Positions 1-12,771 of a stretch of DNA of 64,000 bases are shown here, piece after piece (the first letter of the stretch is position 1; every line of letters starts with the position of its first letter). The translations under genes were made by a program, and so were the position numbers. The stretch is from Oikopleura dioica (lineage: Eukaryota; Animalia; Chordata): NCBI GenBank assembly GCA_907165135.1, contig OU015568.1, positions 12,462,001 to 12,526,000 of the forward strand, read 5' to 3'. The notes below the pieces were generated by a model that saw only the letters and a program-made list of their open reading frames with translations, ran no database searches and was not told where the DNA came from.

Positions 1-389
1 TTGTCTTTTCCTGGAATTCGAATCCAACTAAAATGAAGAATAAAGAAAACTATTCTTGAAGATTTCTTACTGGGAATAGTGATGAAAATAAATCCACCCT
101 CTTGAAAGTGCTCGACAGCTTGTCCATCAAGTGTCACTGACTTGTAAAAGAAATTCTCTTCGTTGAGCGCGAGGTATTCAAAGTCGCCCAAATTCCATTC
201 GAAATCAACTTCCACCACGCCTGAGTAAGCGAAGTTCTCTGAGTTCAAATCGTTGATCGTCAGCTCTACCCGATAGTTCTCAGGAATAACTCCGATAGAG
301 CCGTCTTCAGCTCTTGGTAGTCGGGACGAAGCAACCACATCTTGCCATGAGGCAAGAGCAGTGCCAAAAAGTAGCAGAAGAGGAATCAT
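1..389 (-). CDS. M1 family aminopeptidase (aminopeptidase N-like), 5' portion; runs off the window
   Basis: Manual translation MIPLLLLFGTALASWQDVVASSRLPRAEDGSIGVIPENYRVELTINDLNSENFAYSGVVEVDF: signal peptide plus the RLP...P.xY.l.l...F.G.V N-terminal M1 pattern. The catalytic HExxH is outside the window. Confidence 0.6.
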   Translation of the reverse strand, partial: MIPLLLLFGTALASWQDVVASSRLPRAEDGSIGVIPENYRVELTINDLNSENFAYSGVVEVDFEWNLGDFEYLALNEENFFYKSVTLDGQAVEHFQEGGFIFITIPSKKSSRIVFFILHFSWIRIPGKD

Positions 390-872
390 AGGGTGACATT
401 ATAACGCCGGTAGTTTTCTACTGAAAAACGAACTGATGCTTCGTTCTCATGATGACGACATGAGAACCATCATCTTATAGCTCCGAATTTTTCTTTCTAG
501 AGACACAAACATTCATCAAGTCGATTCTTTCCAAATCCGACTTCTGCAGTCAGTCGGGCAGACATAGAGGTGGGCTAACTTCAGAATCTCGAAAAATGCC
601 ACGGAAAAGTATCTTCCTGAGCTTGCCTTGTAATTGGACGGATTCCGACGTAACTGAGTCCAGCTGATTAGCTTTTTCTTTGAAGCAGGGATCTTTTTTT
701 CGGCAGGGATGATGGCAGAGATTTTTGAGAATTATCAAGGCGAAGAAAAGTAAGACTCAACTTATTTTGAAGATTCATTTCGTGATCATTTTCGATAAAA
801 AGAGAATAGTTTCAAAATTTAAATTATTGCTCAAGGGACTCTGAGAAGGCTCCAAAAAGCGATCCTCAGAAA

Positions 873-2516
873 ATGATGCGCCTTGCCCTAGAAATGTATT
901 CATTGGGACTTGTTGGAGGCAGTCAGGCAAACGATATCGCGCTGTTAGAGCCACCGAAAGAAACTCAAAGTGTGACAGAGACTGTGAGAGTGCCAAGTGC
1001 GGATTACATCGCTGAAATTATCGGGAAAGGAGGTTATTTCGGTCAAGCGTTTATTAACAACGAAAAACCATATATTCTAGGCATGAAAATCAAATATCTT
1101 CGACAGAAGACCAAAACGTACATCAAGACGCCAAGTCGATTTGAAAAGCCAGAATTCGTCATAACAGGTAATCCGATCACTAAAGTATATAAACCGACAT
1201 TGAATCTTAGGCCGGAAAGAAGATGTCGCTAAGGCAGCAACAGAGATTCGGGAAGCGGTTGAACATTTCAATGCCGTTCGTGCTGCTCGCTATTCGCAGC
1301 GTTTTAATCCTGAACCCTCGGAAGACGCCATCACTATCAAAGTAAGGTCAAAGTAGATTACATCTATGATCCCTAATGAAACCCAGGTTCGCGTGCCATA
1401 CAAAGTTGTCGGTCTGGTAGTCGGCGTCGGAGGAACTACCATCAAGAAAATCCAGCAGCAAACTCGCACTCACATTGCGACGCCAAGTCGCACAGGCGAG
1501 CCGATTTTCCTCGTCACTGGATTGCCAGAAAACGTCGAACTCGCCAAGCAAGAGATTGAAGAGTACATCGATGCAAAAACGGAAAATTCTAAGATCGACC
1601 GAGACCTTGATTTCGCAGCGAATGGCGTTGAAATTGGCGATGATGGAAAGACGGAGAATTCTGTGTAAGAACTTTTTGACAACAACAACGATGACAGAGA
1701 TCTTTCAGATTCGGTGATTCTTCATCTACAGCTCAGGAGCGGGCTTTCAAGGCTCTTCAACAATTGAGCTCTCTTTCAATCAGCATGAGGGAAAAAGTCC
1801 ACGAATACCTAGAAAAGTAATAATGCCCCTTTTTTACGTAATTTACGATCCAATTTAGCTTAAACAGAAGCTCCATCGGAAAAACTCATTTCGATCTTTA
1901 CAAGAATTCTTTGAACCCAATTTTGAACACACCAATCGTTGTACCAGAGGAGAAACAAATCGTCGTTAACCTCAACGTACCGTTTTTATAAATAATAAAG
2001 GAATAAATAACTTTAGGAGCTCGGAATTGACCTCAACAAAGACTTCCGCAGCAAGAAAAATTAGATGAGTTCAAAATAACCGCGGAAAACTCGTCTCTTA
2101 ATCCAACTGCAGCGGCGTTTACTCCGAAATCGGCGAAGATTATTGCACCCATTCAGAGCTCACCAAATGCAAAAGTCGCTAAATCGCCGAGTCACCACAA
2201 ATCTCCGAAGAACTTGCAGAAGATTTTAGGAAGCGATGGAATCTACATTCAAACGAAACCACTTGCAAAACCTCGCTCGACCCGCGATTTGCGCAACTTT
2301 CCGTATGGATTGGCTGAAAAACAGGCTGTTACCGGCAATAGTGGTGCAAGTCTGACAAGTCTTCTTCCAAGAAAACTCCCTTCATGTAACTGTCATTTAT
2401 TTTCTTATCAATTTGACTTTCCTTTTCTAGCTCCTTCGCCATCAGAAGATTCATTGTTCACTCTCGAGTCTGGATATGCAACTGAAGCTGGATTGCTCTC
2501 ACCGAAAATCGAGTGA
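873..2516 (+). CDS. MEX3: MEX3-like RNA-binding protein with two KH domains, multi-exon
   Basis: LRLALEM.SLGL N-terminal motif; KH1 [37 protein letters not shown]; KH2 VRVPYKVVGLVVGVGGTTIKKIQQQTRTHIATPSR. Short GT-AG introns join the ORF pieces. Confidence 0.9.
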
Positions 2517-2657
2517 TCTTCTGCAGAAAAAGTTAATTTTATAGCGAATTTCTATTTTGTACTACAGAGACTGGCTCGTTCCCGCTTACTGACACTAAAT
2601 TCATCCCTCGTTGCCGCCCAGTTAGAAAAATTTTAGCTCCCTTTTTTATCACATTTA

Positions 2658-3400
2658 TAGGGTTATAACTTATAAGATGAAAATTTGACCCGTTTTTCAA
2701 GCTTTGTTCAGGGGTCTTATGATACAGTTTTAGAAAGCTCAGAAGCTGAGCTTTCATTTGGGCTCAATTTCAAGTGGTCTGGGTCATGCCCGCAAGGCAA
2801 TTTATGGCACCGGAAGTTCTGAAATCAGCACTAGAGCTCTTCAATCGATTTTGGGTGCCGGGGTTCACTCGAAATGGCTCGAAAGTAGTCGCGTTAGAAA
2901 GCTCATCGTCTAAACTTACTGAAAAGCCAATATAATACTGCTGACTTGCCACCTACCGGCCTCTAGGGGCGCTAGAAACTCGATTTTCGCCCCGGAAATG
3001 GGATTTGTTGCACTAGAATTTGCCAATTTGGTAGAAATTTCAGGCTTATTATCGCGTTTCCTACCTAAAAATTCGTAAAATTTACTATTCTAGCGCCTCT
3101 AGCGGCCACTAGGTTGCGAGTCAGCAGTATTTTATTGGATTTTCAGAAAGCTTAGACGATGAGCTTTCTAAAACGCCTGCTTTCAAGCCATTTCGAGTGA
3201 ACCCCGGCACCCAAAATCGATTGAAGAGCTCTTGTGCCGATTTCAGAACTTCCGGTGTCATAAATTGCCTTGCGGGCATGACCCAGACCACTTGAAATTG
3301 TGCCCAAATGAAAGCTCAGCTTTTGAGCTTTCTAAAACTGTATCATAAGACCCCTAAACAAAGCTAGAAGAACGGGTCAAGTTTTCATCTTATAACCCTA
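2658..3400. mobile_element. Non-autonomous foldback/MITE, hAT-like (8-bp TSD)
   Basis: Inverted arms 2658-2977 and 3088-3400 starting TAGGGTTATAA; direct repeat CACATTTA at 2650-2657 and 3401-3408. Confidence 0.9.
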
Positions 3401-4950
3401 CACATTTATCATTTTCAAGCCAATTCTTATTTTTATACCTGAAAGTCTTAGAATCTAATAAATACACTGAAAAATTGAAGGCGCCATATATTTTTCTGTA
3501 ATGCAACAAACACATCCCATCAAAGAAAATAAGCATGTCAGGGTTTCTTTGTCTCGATGAAATGAATTTAACTTGATTTTGTGTAAATGCAGGCTTTCCA
3601 GCAGTTTTGCGTGAAGAGAATGAGGGTTACCGACGTCGATATAAACCGATTTTATCAAAATTATTATAGACTACCCCATTCCACCTTGTCGGAGTTAGAA
3701 AAAGCCGATCCTATTAATTCCTTCTTTGGCCTACCAATTGGTAATAGAACATAGTAATACTAAGAAAGTTATATTAAAAAAGGTGCCCAACTGATTGTGT
3801 ATGGTGCAATTTTGTTGGTTGTTGGCTGGATCGCGACTTTCTGGAAGCAACTTTGCGGCATTGTGAGAATATTATCCTTAAAATACTACAAAGTGAATTA
3901 CTACTGTAAGTGAATTATAGCCTCCAGAAACTCAAGATCGTGATTGTGACGATTGCTGTCTGATCCGTCCAGGAATCGAAGCTTCAGCCTGAAATATTTG
4001 GAAGAAGAACAATAAAATATAAATTTCTAATGTCAAGTCAGGAGTCTTACTTCTTAGAAAAATCTCTTATAGAAATCTGAGGGTTAAGAAGAAAGACACT
4101 GTACAAATCTAAATAACCTTGCTAAACTAGACTAGTCTTTGCAGGTGGAAGAGCTTAAAAATACCGTCACTCAGAGTTAAATTGGGTTGACTCGATTTAT
4201 GAACTTTCAAAGACATTTATATTTGCTTACATCCTTTTTAAATACTCTGACATTTCTCTTTAGCGTTTCTTTGGGTGGCGGGAAACCGCGAGCTAAACGC
4301 TGGAGCGAGAAGAAGCCGCGATTTCGGAGGCATGAAGTTGAACTTCGGCCAAAGTTAGGCGATTCACGCGGAATTCAAAAGTTATCAAAAGAGTTTACGT
4401 ACCAGTTACTGTGTTAAAGATTTTTGAAAGATAAAAAAAAATATTAAGTTTTTGATCTTAAAAAACTTCCGTAAATAATAGTCACGCCTAAAATTCTGAA
4501 GTTATATTCTAATTAATTTTTTCAGCATAAATCAATATTTAATTATTTTGTAGAAACTGATGAGCCTAGGTTTGAATTCGTTTTCCCTTTTTTCTTGCGT
4601 CTGTTGCGGTCTTGGTTGAGCTGCGCTCTTTGGTCCTACTTCCGAGCTCTTGGTTCCAGCGAGACGAGTGTGAGCATCTCGTGCCGCGTAGATTAGAAGC
4701 AATCCCGGTTCACGACCTTTCTAACGCCGCCTAGCGAGCATCTTGAGCACTCACGATTTCTTGTTTGTTCATTCATAAAGAAACTTTCTTGAGAAAAGAA
4801 TATGCTTGGAGGAAAAAGACTTTTGTCAGTTTTTCTTGCGCTCGCTTTTGGAAAGAAAACTTTTGAGAGCTCAAAATCACAAATTCAAGGAAAAGTTATT
4901 TATATCCCATCTGTTTTATTTTTGGAAATGTAAAATAACCTCAAAAAGAC

Positions 4951-5519
4951 TTGAAGAAGAAGACAGTGAAATGGTGTTCCGAGTACATGCCAGAACGATT
5001 CAGTGGAGATGAATTGCACAAGAAGACTTGCTCGAATCGATTCAACAAGTTTTACGGTAAGTTAATCGCTAATTTTCAGACTTGCGAAAGAAGAAAGCAA
5101 AAGGAAGCGACGAACACAACGAGGAGAAGAAGGCAGGCGCAGGATGCCGAGTTCGAGCACTCGCTATTTTCAGGAACGTTTAGAGAGAAGTAAAGCTAAT
5201 CACTTGAAGCATCTCCTGAAAACTGTAAAGTCACCTCTGAAAACCCGCAACCAAGAGCAAGAAAACGCTACCGAAAGAATTTCGACCTCGACGACGGTCC
5301 ATCCATTCTCGCGAAAGTCGGATTTTCCTTAACCTTTCTTTTCTAACGAAAATATACTAGTTTGGTCGAAGAACGAATCGTTTTATCATTCAAGAGATGG
5401 ACGGCTGCAAACGGGGACCGATGTACAAGAAAATCTTCACGAACGTGATTGAGCGCTTCCGAAATAAGCAGAAGATTATCCGCCGTCGCCAAGACCGTCT
5501 CGCCAAGAAGCAAGATTGA
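4951..5519 (+). CDS. Uncharacterised basic protein, probably multi-exon; structure uncertain
   Basis: Coding-like segments ending FGRRTNRFIIQEMDGCKRGPMYKKIFTNVIERFRNKQKIIRRRQDRLAKKQD*, with plausible splice sites. No family recognised. Confidence 0.35.
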
Positions 5520-6134
5520 TTTTGTTCAAGCCGATATTTATAAAGGTCAGTAAGACGAAAAGACACTGACTTACTCACTATCAATGCTTGTAAATAAACG
5601 CCCAAACATCAAAAAGAAAAATCATATCTTTCGAAATATCTTTCATTCTCTTCCTTGTTATCTAAATCTTGCTGAATTAATGGCATTATCTCATTTTCAT
5701 GCAGAAAGCTTGTCCAATTTTAATGCTAATTTTCTACGTGATAACGGCATTGTCCACCTGTTTAGCAGTAAAAGAGCTATCCAAAGCATGCCAAAGCTAA
5801 ATCAGATAAAGATAGGTGAAAAGCAGAAGATAAAGCAACCTACAAAATGTACAATACGAGAAAGTCCACTTATCAAAATTTGGCTGTCTACTCTCACATA
5901 AGTGCCTTTTATTTCAATTCAATTTCTCAAAATTTAGGCCTATTTCTATTCGGATTTATTCTTTGCTTATGCATTTGGATACTTTGCTGCAAGAAAAAAG
6001 AAACAGAAGAAAACTCTCGAATCCAAGCTGTTTGAAACTAACATCCGATAATAAATAGTATTTCATATTTGAGCATTTGCTGTTTCTGATTTATTCAAAT
6101 CGTTACATGTAAATGGAAGAACAGATGTATTTTC

Positions 6135-7221
6135 CTAGCAGTCTCCAGATTCCCCAACTCCTTCGTCATCTTCGTCTTCCTCATCGGACTCTTCTTGCAT
6201 GTTGTAGTACTCCATTGGAGTCGGCCAGAGATCGTCCTTGATCAGCTAAATCACAGGATGATAAATATGTTGGGAGGAAGGTCTTACGTTTCCGATCTCG
6301 TCGACTTCAGGGTCCACCTCACTCTGTAGCCATGCGATAAAGCCTTCGTCGGCTTCCGGAGCACCTAAGTTACACAGTCAGCCATGGTATAAAATGTAAA
6401 CAGCTTACATTTCTCCTGCATTTCTTTGTCCGTCCAGTCGATCGTGGTGATCTCGACGGTGTTGTCGCCTTCCTCGCTCATTGTCACTTTCTTCGTGACG
6501 CTCTCGTTCGTGAAATACGCGTTCTTCTTGAATTTCTACCGACAATTATAAATCTAGGACTCTGTAATTGAACTTACGAATTCCATCGAGTAGCCACTCT
6601 TGATGTCTTCGTTCTCAACGACATCGATGGTCTCCAGATGCTCGAGAATTTGCGCGTCATGCTCTGACATGCTCTCTGCGATGATAGGATGGTTCACCAA
6701 AGTCGTCAGCCAAAAGTTAGGGATCTGAATTTTACGAATAATTTGAAACGTAGAATTAATTTTTGTACCTCGGAAATAGCCTTGGCTCTCTTTTCGTACA
6801 GTGGCACTCGAAGCTTGTTGTACTTGATCTCTACTGCGACGATTTCCTCGGCAGACTTGCTGTGGATTTCATCGAGCCCCTTCTGGACCTCGTATACTTT
6901 TTCCAGGAGGGCGATTGACGCATCATCTGAAAAATACTTGCAAAGGCAAAATTCTAGCGGAAATTCTACAAAAGGAAAAATCTCCTATAAATTATAGGCT
7001 ATAATCAAAGAAATGATCAATCATATATTCTGTTTCAAAATATATGACGTACCGTGATTCTTTATGCGACTATTTACAACTAATTCTGCTAATTTCTCGC
7101 ATTTAAAAAGTCGCCATCTATTATACTCTCTAAGGAGTCGATGGAAAAATTTCGATCTGGTACCAGAAGGAATTTCAGCGCGGAGCTTCTTCTGTGGTGG
7201 TTCATCGTCGATGTTTGGCAT
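6135..7221 (-). CDS. SET: SET/TAF-I (NAP family) histone chaperone
   Basis: Spliced translation contains [63 protein letters not shown] and an acidic tail EESDEEDEDDEG. Confidence 0.85.
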
Positions 7222-7499
7222 TTTAACGAACTTTCGAAATCTCTGGCAGTGCTCTTAAAAATCAAATTTCGTAAATAAAAATCCGAAGCCGATGCGTCAA
7301 ATGCCCCACCCAGCAGGTGAAAAGAAGTTCTCCCACTCTTTTGTGAGAATAAAAAACAACAACAAAAGCATTTTTGGTAAGTATCGGCTTTGAGGTCGAA
7401 TGGGTTTGCTTTTGAAGAGAATGAACTGGTTTGAATATAATCTGGTTTGAATGGAATTGTTGAAGAATTGAGACATTTACAGAAGTAGGTAAAGACGTT

Positions 7500-10400
7500 T
7501 TAGGCGAAGGAGTAGTCCTGTGGAATTTCCGGTGAGCGCAGGAAGTAACGATTCATGGCGCTCATGAAACGCGTCTTGTAATTCTCTGGACTGATGATAG
7601 TCGGCGCAGCAGTGGAGACTGATGATTTTAGCTGAAAAGAGGTGTCGAAAGAGATCTAGAAATCAGATCCAAAACACCATGTCGAAACAAGAGTTTTGGG
7701 ATTGGCTAATCGATCTTGAATTATGGGAAACTGAGTTTAAGCCAATCAGAAGCCCGTAACTTCTGCCTTAGCGAATCAAAAGACCCCGTAAACTAGCAAA
7801 TATTGTTTAGGCCTATAAAAACAAGACTTATTACCTTTGATTCGACATATTTATCCCAAGTGTACGTTCGTAAATAGTCAATCAAGCCAACGACGATGTG
7901 ATTGTTTTTGTAATCAATGCCAATGAGCAAGGAGTAGTCGATGATCTGCGAGCGGCTCAAGAAATCAACATCATTGGCCAACGCCTTCATCAGTACGAGA
8001 TGAGCAGCCGAGTTCAAGTGAATCGGCGAGTGACACATTGACGAGATATAATTACTGTCTGAATGAATTATTGAGCGAGAGGTCGATTTCCACAGTTGAA
8101 AATTGAGCAGATTTTAAGCCATTTCGGGCTATTGATTCGTAACTTACCGAGAAGGACGTTATTCTCGAGGGACTCTTTCGTCATTCGATTACGCTGGCTT
8201 CCTTTTAGATCGAAAGTCTTGGAAATCATCGGCATGTTCCAGAACAAGTCTTCCATTACAACAAAGTCTGTTTTGGACGTAATACTCCTACAAATACTTT
8301 CATATCTGAAGATTTCTTTAAAAACAAACCGAGAGTGAGTTTTCAGCGAAATCCTAAAAGCCGAGTAAACTTTCACGATCGCACTTGGCTGTCGGTTTTC
8401 AACCCCTTTGATGACGTTCTTGATGTATTTAGGCCCGAAGCTTTCGACAGTTGCAGTCTCCTTTTCTTTTATCTGAAAATCGAGGTTGACAAGCAGCGCC
8501 GTCGCTGAAAATTACTATGCAAGAGGGGAGCTCCCGGGAGACCTCTCTTCTACCGAAGCCGAGAAGATTCACTACCATTATTGCCGTTTTTTTTTTTCTT
8601 TTTCAAATCGGCCAACCGAGAGGCCGCCGATTATAAACGATGGGCAACTGCGCAACATCTAGTAAAACGGCTGCTATTTCTGAGTCTGATCAGAGTGCAA
8701 TCATGAAAGAGAACGAAACGGAAGAAATTGGGAAAATTAAGAAAAACTGTCCGACTTGCGGCCAGACTGTCTTTGTTGAGCCATCGGCGAATGAACTCGT
8801 TTGGGGATCAAAATAAATGCATATAGTTACTGTAAATAAACAATTCCATACCTGCTTTATTAGAAATCGCGTGTCAAGAGTTCTGAACCAAGTTGCCCCC
8901 GATTTGCCTCCAGAAGACTTCCAGGTTTCGCAGCGAATTAGAGAATGAATGAAGTCTTCTTCCTTGAAACCTGGAAATTGATTGATAAGCTACCGATCGA
9001 AGGTTGTTTTTACCGATAGCTTTGCGTAATTGGGCGAATTCGGAATGATTGAAGACCTTGACCTTGAGAGAAACAGTCGATGCCTCGGCGTGGATTATGA
9101 GATCTCGGTCGACTACTTGCGCAAATGGTTCATTAGCGGAGCTAAGTGCAAAGGCTAGAGCAGAACTTGGCTCTTCTTCCCTCACCGTGACCTTTTTTCA
9201 GATTAATTAAATGCTCGTAAATCAGAAAAAGAAGTCACCTTGTATTTGCTCGAGTGTTGGAGGAGATAGTGAATGCTTCCTCGGAAGGGACTGACGACTG
9301 TATGGACGTTGTTGTAGAAAAGCTTCTGAAGGAAAGGGGTAATCGGGTTTGAGACGAAATGATCGTCTCGAGTTGCTCCTTTGTCCGTTGCATCTAACGC
9401 GTCTGAGCTTATTTCTTCGTAACTTTCAAAATCTTGGCTCACTGGATTTTCCTCGTTGGACGATTTCCGGACGCTGTCAAATTTGACTTGAATGCGAATG
9501 TTCCACATTTGAATGATTCCAATCAGCGTCTGACCAATTTCTGATACTTTCGAGAAGAATTTGGCGCAAGTCTCCCAGGGAATTAAGTCCCCAAGATTTT
9601 CCAAATCCTGTTTTGTCGCTGCCACTACATTTTCAAATCTAGTCCGTTCTTCGTTGTAGAAAATAATGATATCGTCACAGTCAAAGTTGTTTACAGTAAT
9701 TGCGGCGAGCTCCTGCTCCGCTTCTTTCAATTGGGTGTTGAGCTCATTTAATACTTTTTGGCCCTCGTTGCTAACGAATTCGAGGTCGGTCTTAATTGGC
9801 TCCACTGGATAAGTAGCTTGATCTTCGTAATAGGCAATCGAAGGCAACTTGACAAAGAATTGACGAAAGGTGACCAGCTTGAACGAGCAGAGCATGTTTT
9901 TGTTCGCGAAATAGACGGATGAACTTTCAATTCGCGACAATTGAGAAGGCATGAAAGCAGGTGCGGTTAGAATCTTGATGAAATACGCCATCGACATATT
10001 TGCTATTTTTTCATTGATAGGCGAGATCGCCGTGTTCGTTCCGTAAGAGTTGCTCCACATTAATAACTGATGAGTCGGGTTCTGATCGGGGAGTTCCTTT
10101 TAATCGCGCTCAACAAAATTGTACAATCATATTAGAACAGTTGAAGCCGATCGTTCATAGATGAAGCTATAAATAAATAATTTGATGAGCACGACCTTTA
10201 TGATGATATGAATCCCTTTTTCGCCAAAAACAATTCGCTTGATATGATTTCGTTCTGGCCTCGTGCAGACTTTGCAAAGCTTATCAGCTGACTCCCGTCC
10301 TATTAAATTCTGGACAAAGTCCGCGACAGACGAATCTGTCGAAGAATACGGGTGGAGACTAATTTCGACAGGGGCGGTACAGTAAGATGTCATCACTGCT

Positions 10401-12650
10401 CCTTGGCGGAGATAGAAGGTAGAAAAGAGGATTGGAAAAGGCTCAACTAAAGGTCTGATATCATGTACGGTGGATCGAGCCATTATTCCAGGGAAAACGG
10501 TGTTTGACTTTTGCTGACTACTAATCGTTGAAGGATAACTTCCAGTTGCACGAAAGCTCGCCATCAGATCATCCCTGCTTACATGATCGAGAATGGCATC
10601 AGGATCTGTCGCTTCGTGGTAGCATGTTTCTTCTGGCTCTGGAACTTTAAACCGATGTTGTTTCATCATGTCTCTTCGGTGATTCAAATTAAAGCGCTTC
10701 AACCCTTCCTGAAGGGGATCTTCGCTTCGCCGTGTTATGAGATAAGTATGATAGCCGCAACGAATGAACTCGGAGTTTTCCGTGCTGTTATTTGCTTGCT
10801 GCACAGGCGTACTGCTCAACTCAAAAACGAGGCTTGAGTTCTGCTCGTTTGAGACTTTGGAAGGCACTCGTTGATATTCAGTAGAGAAACGGCCTGTTAT
10901 ATCAGAACATTTACAGTAAAACTCGTTTCGTTTTGAAATAGTCGGGGCGTCGAGGGGAAACGAGTTGAGAAAGTGAACTTCCATTGACATTTGATGAACA
11001 CAAAGACACAGAAACATGATGATATCTTTTATGCAATCAAGTTGGGCAAGATCGTCAGAAAAAACGAGCAAAGAGACGAAGCTCTTAGGTATTTCGTTTT
11101 CGATGAAAAATATTGAGTCCACGCCGCAGACGAGTTTTTCTTCAAATGAAGGAGCGAGGCCGATTTTAGAGGTTTTTAGCTCTTCGAGGTTTGAGATGAT
11201 GTCTGATCCTGTTGCGATCGAAATGCGCTTTAGAGCTGTTTTCTTTACATTTACGACGACTTGGATGGATTTGTGATGGCTGAAGAATTGAAGAGCGTAG
11301 TTGCATATTGATTGAGAGGAAATTATTACGTCGGGTTTTCGTTCTAATATTCGTTTGCAGCAGAGATCGAGGAATTCTTTTTCCTGACGGATCAGTTCAC
11401 TCAAACTTTCGAGTCTCGTTTTGCCACCCATTCGGAAGTCAATTTTGCAATCAAGCAGGACAATCGAAACATTTTTTCGCACTGTTGTTTCTCGTTTCTT
11501 CGAAGTGTCTGTAATTAATTTCCCGCTGAAAATTACGCCATCCAACTTTTCAATATTCCCAATATTATCTTCTTTCGGTGAGATTATTTTCTTAATGTGG
11601 ATCATCTTTCTGACGTCAAAAGCTGCGGTTATAGAATCTGAGGAAATATTCTGGACGATCTGCGGGACGACGTCAATCAAGTTTCCAGACCATTTCTTTT
11701 TTATATCCCCATCGGAGAAGATTGACAACAACTTAGCAACCATGCTTTCAAAATGACGTCGATGAAAGTCAGAAATTGATCGACTCCAGTCTTCACTGGC
11801 CGAACTTGATCTAGATGACGATTGGCGGTAGACTGAAACAGTTTTCATCTTCTCGCTGACATTGTCCATGTACATATCGCTGATACAAGTCAGACAGTTG
11901 TCAGAACAAGCTTTTGGGACTCCAGTTGTGGTGCTTTCTGGAGACTCTGCGTAGTAATCTTCCCGCATATCGGGGATTACGGCCGAGCTGCTTATGGAAC
12001 TCGACGGTGAGCGGATCGGAATTTCCTGGCTAGATTGACGGGTCATAAGTGGATCACCACTCATTGTCCCTTCTTCGTTGAATTTATAGACCGCATCTTT
12101 CGAGAACTCATAGTTTGGGCCAAGAAGGAAACCAAGCTCGATCATGCGTTTTGCTTTCACCTCCGGATCAGTCGTTTTCGAACCCAGTTTCGTGATAATA
12201 TCATCGCCAGAAAAATGAGTTCGTCCTGCTTCGAAAACTCCATTCCTGAGGCTTTCGTAAAGCAGTTCGATTTCAACTTCTTCAAAAGAGTTGAAACCAA
12301 CTGGAATGGACTCGAAATCTTCGAATTCTTTGGAAAGAGACCGATTTCTCAATACTCGTGGGGTTGATGATATAGGTTTTGACTGAATTTTGCGTTGATT
12401 CACCATCTGGGCTTCCTAAAACGAGCATTAGAGAGATTCAAGATGCTCTTTTTTGCCTGGCAGTTATCACAGCATCTTTTATTTATCGGAAACGATCGGA
12501 TAGGAGCGCATTTCCAACAGAAAATCTGCCCACAAAACCGGCAATGATGTCTTCTTCGGAGAGTCGTAAATGTCTTTGAACAATTGTAACAAGCTTTAAC
12601 TGATTCATCAGACATCCAGTAGCTCGTCTCATTTTGTTTTGATTTTGGCT
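7500..12650 (-). CDS. PIKFYVE: PIKfyve/Fab1 PI3P 5-kinase
   Basis: FYVE (WMSD..CYNCSKTFTTLRRRHHCRFCGQIFC); CCT-like domain (HIKKI..LDGVIFSG..QEKEFL); PIPK motifs MEDLF, FDLKGSQRNR, IIDYSLLIG, IVVGLIDYLRTYTWDK, PTIISPENYKTRF. 5' end approximate. Confidence 0.95.
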
Positions 12651-12771
12651 CTGCGTCTTCTATGATTTCAGTGCTGTTACTTCAGAGAGGTCACGAGACT
12701 ACTTCCTTATGATGACCGCGTGATGGGTAGAGCTCACTAGAATTAAGAAGACTCGAATATTTAAAACATCG

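Noticed and set aside
2539-2952. Short minus-strand ORFs (72 and 60 aa)
   Set aside because: They lie largely within the left arm of the hAT-like element and are mirrored in the right arm; not genes.
3455-4000. Minus-strand hydrophobic fragments with a WAPF motif reminiscent of GPCR TM6
   Set aside because: Frames are short and interrupted by stops, and no other GPCR motifs were found.
4553-4790. GC-richer minus-strand segment that looks coding
   Set aside because: All ATG-initiated frames stop within 30 codons, and no consistent gene model could be built.
10583-12579. Several plus-strand ORFs of 66-111 aa opposite PIKfyve; likewise ORFs opposite the Ig, RhoGAP, sulfatase and acidic-protein exons
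   Set aside because: Antisense or alternate-frame shadows of real coding exons.
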